Translations under genes and position numbers: made by a program
Part shown: positions 56,037-64,000 of the stretch, piece after piece
How positions within the stretch are numbered: position 1 is the first letter of the stretch
How the letters are laid out: each line of letters starts with the position of its first letter
Source of the DNA: Peribolospora baueri
Taxonomy: Eukaryota
Direction: 5' to 3'
NCBI GenBank assembly: GCA_029717555.1
Contig: JAMDHS010000005.1
Coordinates: forward strand, 1 to 64,000
Length of the DNA: 64,000 nucleotides
The notes under the pieces: generated by a model
Seen by the model: the letters and a program-made list of their open reading frames with translations, nothing else
The model's database searches: none
What the model was told of the DNA's origin: nothing

Positions 56037-56975
56037 GGCATATTCGGACAGCGAGTGGCGCACGTCTACACAATCGAATACCAGAAGCGAGGCATGCCAC
56101 ATAATGCACTTCCTGCTCTTCCTGGCCGCCGATGCCGCAATTCGACACGGTGGAGCGAATCGACGAGATCATCAGTGCCGAAATCCCTGATCCCTCGATC
56201 GAAGGTCCGTGCGGGCGAGAGCTGTACGACGTTGTCACTTCGGTCCTCATCCACAAGCCATGCGGCGAGCACAATCCAAGCGCTCCATGCATTAAAACGC
56301 GGAACGGCGTCCCGTACTGCAGCAAGGGCTTCCCAAAACCCCTGCACGTGCAGACGACGATCGAGGAGAATGTGTATCCAGAGTATCGACTGGCGCGGCG
56401 TACGGCTGACCACATCCGACCAAGCCCCGCGAGTGCATGACCATTGGCAACGAATGGGTCGTGCCACACAACCGGTACCTCACCTGGCGGTATGGTGCGC
56501 ACATTAATGTGGAGGTCTGCAGCAGCATCCGCGCTATCAAGTACGTCCATAAGTACATCTACAAGGACGGCGACCCGTGCACGGCCCAAATCCAGCTGCA
56601 TGTGGATGAGATCAGCGAATACATCAGCGGCCGCTATATTAGCGCCGCTGAAGCGGCCTGGCGGCTCTTCGAATTCCCTATCCACGCCGAGAGACCCAGT
56701 GTGATGCAGCTGTCCATCCATCTCCCGGACCGGCAGTCGGTCAGCTTCGATTCCATGCTGCCCACCGACGACGTCATGGCGGCGATTGACCGCCAGCGTC
56801 CCACCCTGATGGCCTTCCTCGAGTACAACGCCGAGCATCCGGATGCGCAACCGTGCCTCTACCAGGACTTTCCACTGCGCTTTACCTGGAATCGATCGAC
56901 TTGATGCTGGAAGCCACGGTCGAATTCGCAGATCCAGGTCGGCCGCATCTGGCAGATCATCCCGTTCCAGGGGGA
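56029..56975 (+). mobile_element. Degenerate Helitron Rep (HUH endonuclease) fragment
   Basis: GIFG..VYTIEYQKRGMPH/MHFLLFL (HUH motif), IDEIISAEIPDP, IHKPCG..NPSAPC, CSKGFPK, YPEYR, NEWVVPHN..AHINVEVC, KYVHKYIYK (two-Tyr motif), DEISEYISGRYISAAEAAWRLF, LYQDFP..FTW. At least three frameshifts and a stop at 56902; no Pif1 helicase part. Confidence 0.9.
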
Positions 56976-57363
56976 CGGCCATCGGATCGGTCTAGCGGGA
57001 CGACCGCACCGCAGCGCTGGCAGGCCCGTATAAGGTGTTGCTGATGATAAGCTGCCGACATGGTCAGCCAAGAAGGGACGATTCGGGGACGGTATCGAAC
57101 CTGATCGAATGCAGTCAGTCGATCGGGTCGATCGTGCGTACGGCACGCGCGAAGGGAATACGGGAAGGTGCCGCCAAGGGCCTATATATTGGGTGCAGCG
57201 GGGGATCCGGGGGGCAGGGGCCGCGCGCGCCGCCAAGGACCGGAGGGGTAAAACTAACCGGAAAAGGAAAGTAGGGGTTCGGCGGCAAACACAACTTATA
57301 TCATAGAGAATCATAGAAGATGAAGCTGTCAAGTGGTGCACATCCGTGATGCTCAGTAAGCAA

Positions 57364-57377
57364 TTGGAAGCTTCCAA
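57364..57377. promoter_or_regulatory. Two-unit heat-shock-element-like palindrome upstream of HSP90
   Basis: TTGGAAGCTTCCAA is a perfect 14-bp palindrome containing nGAAn-nTTCn, about 220 bp before the HSP90 ATG. A probable 5'UTR intron follows (GTATGC at 57391 to CAG at 57568). Confidence 0.4.
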
Positions 57378-57592
57378 GGACATCCACAAAGTATGCTGCC
57401 GGGGGGACGCCGATGGTCTGCCTACTTATCTTTGACTGGCGTCGCAGTCTCGTTCGACCACCTTGACACTCCAGTTCTGAAGCAGTGGGTCTCTGTTTGG
57501 GGGTATCCAACTTGCATTCCGACCTAACGTGCTGTCTCCTCTCTTTTCCTCCTTCTCTTTCTTGACAGCCAAGTCGCACCTCACCAGTCAAG

Positions 57593-60500
57593 ATGTCCGC
57601 ACAGGCAGAGACTTTCGGGTGAGTGGGGCCGACCCGCCGTCATACCTCCATTTGGTCTGAACTCCGAGGCTGGACAGAGCACATTGGGTCACAATTTCGT
57701 GTCATATGCCGATGGCATTGCAATCCCTTTGGTGCTCAGGTTCCAAGCAGAAATCAGTCAGCTGCTGGACCTGATCATCAACACCTTTTATTCACAGAAG
57801 GATGTATTCTTGCGAGAGCTATTGTCCAACGGTGAGGAGTCGTGGCTTCAGCGATGCCTCAAGGTTGCGGTGACGGTGGATACCTGATCGGTCTGGTGGC
57901 GACTTGTTCGTTACCCCTTTGCACAGCCAGCGACGCCTTGGATAAGGTGCGTTATGCGGCGCTGACGGACCCGTCGGTACTGGAGCCAGAAAAGGAACTG
58001 TACATCCGCATTACGCCAGACAAGGAAAACCGCATGCTCTCCATCCGTGACACAGGCATTGGTATGACCAAGGCCGATCTCGTGAACAACCTGGGTACCA
58101 TTGCTAAGTCAGGGACCAAGGCGTTCATGGAGGCGCTTAGCAGTGGGGCTGATATCAGCATGATGTGAGTTACCAAAGCGGATTTTGAAATGGTCCAAAA
58201 TTGGTCACTCTTCCCCAAGTTTGCAGATTTAACAACTGTTTTTATTCCTCCCTGTACCTTTCTCAGCGGGCAGTTCGGCGTAGGCTTTTATTCGGCCTAC
58301 CTTGTGGCAGAGAGAGTTCAAGTGATAACAAAGCACAATGACGACGAGCAGTACATTTGGGAGTCCTCAGCCGGGGGAACATTCACCATCACGCTCGACA
58401 AGGTCAACCCGCCTCTCGGTCGCGGCACGGAGATTCGCCTGTGGCTGAAGGAGGACCAGCAGGAGTACTTGGAGGAGCGCAGGATCAGGGAGGTTGTGAA
58501 GAAACACTCTGAGTTCCTGTCATACCCAATTCAGCTGGTCGTGACGAAGAAAGTCGAGAAGGTAAGATTTGTGTTCGGCCTCCCTTTCTCTGAGACGCAT
58601 ATATTCGCTCCACGTCTCACCACTTGGACCATACTCGCTTTTTTTCATCCCACGCTACAGGAGGTTGAAGTGGAGGAGGAAGAGAAAGCAGAAGAAGGAG
58701 AGGAAAAGAAGGCTAAGATCGAGGAGGTGACGGAAGAAGACAAGAAGAAAAAGAAAAAGATTGAAGAAATTGTCAAAGAGACCGAGGAATTGAGTGAGTG
58801 CTGCGAGCTGCGTCACATATTTACGTCCAATTTGAACATGCGAACGTTTTCCTCCCTACGTTTGCAGACAAGACAAAGCCGTTGTGGACGCGAAACCCGT
58901 CGGAGATCAAGGAGGAGGAGTACGCTTCGTTTTACAGGTCGCTCACGAATGATTGGGAGGATCCGCTCGCGTGGAAGCACTTCTCTGTTGAAGGACAGCT
59001 GGAGTTCAAGGCCCTCCTTTATTGTCCGAAAAGGTGAGCAGATCGCACGTCACAGTTGTGCGACATTGAAGCCAGCCTCTGTCGGTTGACGGAGAGACGA
59101 TGTGCACTCCCGTTTTCGAACACAGAGCACCGTTTGACCTGTTCGAGACCAAGAAGAAGCGAAACAACATCAAGCTCTATGTCCGCCGCGTGTTCATCAT
59201 GGACGACTGCGAAGAGCTCGTGCCCGAGTATCTCAACTTTATCAAAGGCGTCGTCGATTCGGAGGACCTTCCGCTCAATATCTCTCGCGAGATGCTGCAG
59301 CAAAACCGGATCTTAAAGGTGATTCGAAAGAATGTTGTGAAGAAGGCAGTCGAGATGTTTGATGACATCGCACAGGTGAGCAAAGCGATGGGGTGCAGCT
59401 CATGGCGCCTGCTCGATCATGTCGCTCGTATCTCATCTTATGCTGACCACGGCCACGCTTCCCATGAACGCTGGAAACACAGGACAAAGACAACTTCAAC
59501 AAGTTCTACGAGGCCTTTGGAAAGAACATCAAGCTGGGCATCCATGAGGACTCTGCCAACAGGCAAAAGCTGGCCGAGTTCCTGCGCTTCCACAGCACCA
59601 AGAGCGGCGACGATATGGTCAGCCTCAAGGGTGAGTGGGCAATGCAGCGCCTTGTCTTGTGCATTGCGCTCGGTTCTCCCCGCCTGACCTTGGACCATGC
59701 TGTCGCGCGGGCGCGTACTGATCTCCTGGGTTCTTGCGGTTGATCCGCCTTCCTCCATCCAGACTACATCACCCGTATGCAATCGCACCAGAAGTACATC
59801 TACTATCTCACGGGGGCGAGCCTGTCGGAGATACGCGACTCTCCGTTCCTTGAGGCGCTCAAGAAGAAGAACTTTGAGGTGCTGCTGATGGTCGACCCCA
59901 TCGATGAGGTAAGCCGACTCAACGTGGCGCCGAGACAATTTTCGTGATTTCGACGTGATACGAGCGCCGACCGAGCTGGGTCACGTCCGTCTTTACGTTT
60001 CTAGTACGCTGTGACTCAGCTGAAAGAGTTTGAGGGCAAGAAGCTCGTTTGCGTCAGCAAAGTGAGTCCAGAGCTCTGCCCCCTCAACATATCAATAGCT
60101 CCCTCATTTCTCATCGCTTCTCTCCCTTTCGCACTTGCAGGAGGGCTTGGAGCTGGAGGAGACGGAAGAAGAGAAAAAGACGCGAGAGGCCGAGGCGAAG
60201 GAGTACGAGGAGCTGTGCAAGACGATCAAGGATATCCTGGGAGACAAGGTGGAGAAGGTCGTGCTCTCCAACCGGGTCACGAAGTCACCTTGCGTGCTCG
60301 TCACGGGACAGTTCGGATGGAGCTCGAATATGGAGAGGATCATGCGCGCTCAGGCGCTGAGGGACAACTCGATGTCGCAGTATAGTGCGTGGATCGCCAT
60401 CGGATATGATTGGGTCCGGCGGTGTGGCTACGAATGCTGACCTGTGAGACCGCTTTCTTTTCGGACTGACAACACAGTGACGTCAAAGAAGACGCTGGAG

Positions 60501-61312
60501 ATCAATCCGTTGGTAACCGAGTTGATGGCTGATTGAATTGTTGAACCCCGTTGTGACGATGTATATCGTTCGTGCTCTCCTCTACAGGAGCCACCCCATC
60601 ATAAAGGATTTGAAGAACAAGGTGCGTTCGACGTCCACAGACGGCGCGGTTGGGTTTGGCGACCTTCGATGCTTGGATTCCTCTCCATTCAGCTGATCAT
60701 GTTGGCTCGCTGCTCTGCGTCTGGTAACCAGATCAAGGAAGACAAGAACGACCCCACAGTCAAGTTAGCGGCATTTGCTTGGCGCTTTGCCCTGTTACGA
60801 CAGCTCATCTCAGTCATTCTTTGTGCAACCGCAGGGACTTGGTCATCTTGCTCTATGAGGTGGCTCTCCTCACGTCGGGCTTCTCCTTGTGAGCAAACGC
60901 GATTTCCCATTCATTCACTGGCACGTTGCGGACGTTTACCCTTTGACCTGTCGCTGTCCGTCTCTCACTAAGGGATGAGCCAGCGAGCTTCGCATCAAGA
61001 CTCCACCGGCTCATCTCGCTTGGCCTCTCTATCGAGGAGCCGGGCATGGATCAGACAACGGCTGAAGCGCAGAAGGCCGAGGAGCAGATGGAGGAAATTT
61101 CGACGTCGGGTGGGTGGTGTTTTTTTTTTTTCTCCGTCCGGCGGGAAGGACCTTGCGGTCGGGTGCTGAACTTCACTTGTCCATGGAACGTTACCTGGAA
61201 CAGAGATGGAGGTGAGTAGACGAGGCGGGCCGATGGAGCCGACGCAGGCGCTGACCTTCTCCTTTCGTTGCCTTGTCTTTTTCACGCCGACGACGCACAG
61301 GCCATCGACTAG
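57593..61312 (+). CDS. HSP90: Cytosolic Hsp90 chaperone with 17 predicted introns and a divergent C-terminus (MEAID)
   Basis: [108 protein letters not shown]. All exons join in frame with GT-AG introns up to the TAG at 61310-61312. Confidence 0.96.
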
Positions 61313-61596
61313 GAGTTTTCCCCGCTCAAAATGTCCGAGAGTAACTTGAATGCTTGTTGATGTAAATACGAATCGAGCCGTGTTAATGTTTTCGTCGCCG
61401 TCTGCATTGTCCGACAAACGAAGCACGGAGGACGCGATGGACGAACGCGGCGGTAGGCGGTGTCGCCCCTGCCTCGGCTGCGATGCGGCATCAACATCAC
61501 GTCCAAAAAGCGGATCGCATCCTCATCCTCTCCGGACTACCTCTTGACGGGGCCGGGCGTGGAGTCAGGACGAGTGCACTCCATGGCCACCGAGCG

Positions 61597-61606
61597 TATA
61601 AATAAA
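61597..61606 (+). promoter_or_regulatory. TATA box for the Clp1-like gene (could also serve as the HSP90 polyadenylation signal)
   Basis: TATAAATAAA followed by a CT-rich tract, about 120 bp before the ATG at 61725. Confidence 0.5.
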
Positions 61607-61724
61607 GGCGCTTCGCCTCGCGAGCGCTTTTACCCTTCTTTCCACCTTTTCCGTCAGCGCACTCACCCTTCGCAGCCTCCCTTTGCAGCAGCAGCCCTCT
61701 CGCTCGAGTTCGTAGCCGAACGGG

Positions 61725-63047
61725 ATGAGTCGTCACACCTCCGCCCTTGAGTGCACCGTCCTCGACATGTCCTCCATCACGCGCGCCTTCAAGACAGCCA
61801 GCTTGCAGGACGAGGACGCGGACAAGAAGGACGCCGGTGCCCAGTCCAATGCTTCGGCGGGCACGAAGCACGTCGGCAAGCGTTCCCCCCGGTCCTCCAA
61901 GATCCTTTCAGCCTCTCCCAAGACCGGTCTACGCGCCTCCCTCTACCATGATTCCCGCTCTCTTCTCCGCCGCACTCTCGCCGTCCAGAAGGCCTCGACT
62001 GCGACGCCCGAGGACCCCCGGCGCACGCACGGACACTTTCGCAGTCGCAAGGACGGGCGGTCACTCAAGGGAGCGACGTATGACAGGCCTCTGCCATCCA
62101 TCGCCAAAGTCGCCGCGAACGAGGCCGCCGTGCAGAATTTCCTCCGCGTGTCCTTGTTTCTCCCTCGGCCCCCTTGGTCACCCACATGCCCAGCCTCGGA
62201 AGCGCCCGTGGACATGACAACTGCCGAGCTATATGCCTGCCTCCGCCGTCACAGCCTCGAAGCAGAAGCGAGAGAGATGGTGAGCAACGGCGTTCCTCCC
62301 TCATACATTCTCGCGGCGATCAGGCGTCTCGGCGGGGATGATACGGGGAAGGAACTCTTGAAGTCATCCCACGGGTTGTTACGGGGCACGGACTCGTCTA
62401 CGCTGCGGGCCGAGTGGACGAAAATCGACGGGACCGACACACTGGCCCTGCCGCTCGACACACATGCTCGTCTCAATTTTGTCTCGTCTCCGGTGCCGCC
62501 CACGCACGTCTTAGCCGTCCAGCAGAGTCAGGATGGCGGCCTGCTCATCCCCTGCCACGCACTAGTGCTCGCTCTTCAATGCAGTGCTCTGGCCGATCTC
62601 CCTCCGGCGATGGCGAATGCGAGCGCCAGCGCCAGCTCGGGCTCGGGAGATCAGCCTCGGCTCACGCACCTGCCGCTCGTGCAGATGCAGGTGCCCGACA
62701 TAGAGACCTTCCTGATTCTCTACCGCTGGCTCTACAGCCCCGACGTTCCACGGCTCATCTCTGAACTTCTGCCACCCAAGGAAGACAAGCGTGTGCTGCT
62801 GTCCCCTCCAATCCTCCTCTGCTCCGCCAGTCGCGTTAACGGCCTTTGGTGCAACGCCATCCTCCTCGGCGTGCACGATCGCGTGCTCTGGAAGACCATG
62901 GAGAGCTGCTGGGCCTGGATTATGTGCGCCTTAGGCAGGGATATTAGAGGTCCCGATGGGAGGCCGCATCCTCGTCTCGCCGCCATTGTCGCCGCCTCAA
63001 CCGCAGCTTTGGGGCCGAGGCCGGAGCGTATGCCTGACCCTTCTTGA
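61725..63047 (+). CDS. Clampless-1 (Clp1)-like basidiomycete developmental regulator; intronless
   Basis: PTHVLAV, LIPCHALVLALQCSAL, LPLVQMQVPDIETFLILYRWLY, LISELLP and VNGLWCNAILLGVHDRVLWKTMESCW match the motif pattern of Coprinopsis/Ustilago Clp1 proteins as I recall it. Confidence 0.75.
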   Translation: MSRHTSALECTVLDMSSITRAFKTASLQDEDADKKDAGAQSNASAGTKHVGKRSPRSSKILSASPKTGLRASLYHDSRSLLRRTLAVQKASTATPEDPRRTHGHFRSRKDGRSLKGATYDRPLPSIAKVAANEAAVQNFLRVSLFLPRPPWSPTCPASEAPVDMTTAELYACLRRHSLEAEAREMVSNGVPPSYILAAIRRLGGDDTGKELLKSSHGLLRGTDSSTLRAEWTKIDGTDTLALPLDTHARLNFVSSPVPPTHVLAVQQSQDGGLLIPCHALVLALQCSALADLPPAMANASASASSGSGDQPRLTHLPLVQMQVPDIETFLILYRWLYSPDVPRLISELLPPKEDKRVLLSPPILLCSASRVNGLWCNAILLGVHDRVLWKTMESCWAWIMCALGRDIRGPDGRPHPRLAAIVAASTAALGPRPERMPDPS

Positions 63048-63457
63048 TCTGATTCGAATCGGCTTTGCGTAAAAAAAAAAACCCTTTACCATATCGCTTA
63101 CGTTGAGCGTACATTGTAGGAGGTCCGTCGCTAGACGCCGATATCTCGTCCTCTTCGTCTCGCCCCACTTCCCGAGTCCACGGTTTTTCAGTGAAAGCCG
63201 CATATGCACGCGTCTCTTCGCTCCTCCTCTGACCCCTTTTGCTTGGCACCGGAAAGACGGCATCCATTTTTGTATATAGACAGGGAGAGTAGGCAAACAT
63301 TACTTCAAACGGAAGGTCGTGATGGGCACGTGGAAAGGTAGGTTTGCATGGATCGCGTCAAGGAAGACGGGAAGGCAAAGTGCGAGATCACTCGGTATCA
63401 AGCCAAAAAGAGGGGAGGGGGAAGGGGGCGGGGTCGTCGACGGATCGAGGAGGAGGT

Positions 63458-63482
63458 AGGTGGTGGTGGTGGTGGTAGTGGT
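63458..63482 (+). repeat. (GGT)n microsatellite
   Basis: ggtggtggtggtggtggtagtggt, preceded by a G-rich tract. Confidence 0.8.
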
Positions 63483-64000
63483 CGTTATGTCACGTGCCGC
63501 GGCCCGCATCTCGACTGGGTCTTCCACCGGCGGCCCAACGCGGCTCTAAGATTCCATGTCGCCCCCTTGGGCATTGGATGAAGCAGGTCCTGTCCTAATC
63601 CTGCTTGCCTCGACACTGTGCACATCTCCTTCCGTCCTCTCGCATCGTCGGCGCACCGAAGCGACAAGAGCGACTCCAGCATCGGGAAGCTGACGAAGAA
63701 GATGTCGGGGATTTGCAGGACAAGGTATGTGTCCGTGCCCGCGCTTCCCATCAGCGCTCCCTTTCTCCTTGCTTGCGCGGGAGGTATGCGTGGTGAACGT
63801 TTGGAACGATTATTTCTTAAATCGCATCCCTTTCCCTCCATTTGCTGCTTGGCGGGCTCTCAGGCTCGCGGAGGAGAGGAAACAGTGGAGGAAGGACCAT
63901 CCATATGTGCGTTTCTGCCTGCGCACGTCCTGCCTGGCTTCTCATTTTCCCTTTCCCTCGCCACGAGATGTGCTCTTTGTACGGGGAGGCGCAACGGCTT

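Noticed and set aside
56985..57000. CTAG at 56992-56995 as a Helitron 3' end
   Set aside because: It is not followed by T and has no convincing subterminal hairpin.
61347..61496. Possible homeodomain mating-type binding sites upstream of the Clp1-like gene
   Set aside because: The best matches are TGA-N8-TGA (61347-61360) and GATG-N8-ACA (61482-61496), each one base short of the N9 spacing I recall for these motifs.
63049..63062. CTGATTCGAATCGG resembling a tRNA T-arm
   Set aside because: No D-arm, anticodon arm or acceptor stem can be built; it is a short palindrome just after the Clp1-like stop codon.
63556..64000. Possible first exons of a further + strand gene (GTATGT donor near 63725)
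   Set aside because: No clear start or homology, and the region is truncated by the window end.

Overview
This is a gene-dense, GC-rich, intron-rich eukaryotic window, almost certainly from a basidiomycete fungus (GT-AG introns of mostly 70-130 nt with CTRAC-type branch points, and a Clp1/clampless homologue). It is not prokaryotic, so most six-frame ORFs are exon fragments or antisense shadows. In order it contains: a Chk2/Cds1-type FHA kinase (-), GWT1 (-), Asterix/WDR83OS (+), PTPA/RRD2 (-), RAE1/GLE2 (+), CEX1/SCYL1 (-), MED14 (+), ATG6/Beclin (-), TFIIA large subunit (+), a dual-start ALA1 (-), an intronless low-complexity protein (+), THADA/TRM732 (-), a small orphan gene (+), a CLIP-170-like protein (-), a PWWP protein (-), SKI2 (+), a decayed Helitron Rep fragment with an adjacent intron-bearing gene fragment, an 18-exon HSP90 (+) and a Clp1-like gene (+). 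I found no RNA genes, CRISPR arrays or secondary-metabolite cluster, and no clearly new multi-gene system. The best leads are (1) a CLIP-170 homologue with no CAP-Gly domain but duplicated SxIP/SxLP motifs, (2) an Hsp90 ending in MEAID rather than MEEVD, built from an 8-nt microexon and lying next to a Helitron relic, and (3) an orphan protein whose motif order recalls animal CCDC117/HCFC1R1. Gene spans run from predicted start to stop across introns, and the exon joins were inferred by eye.
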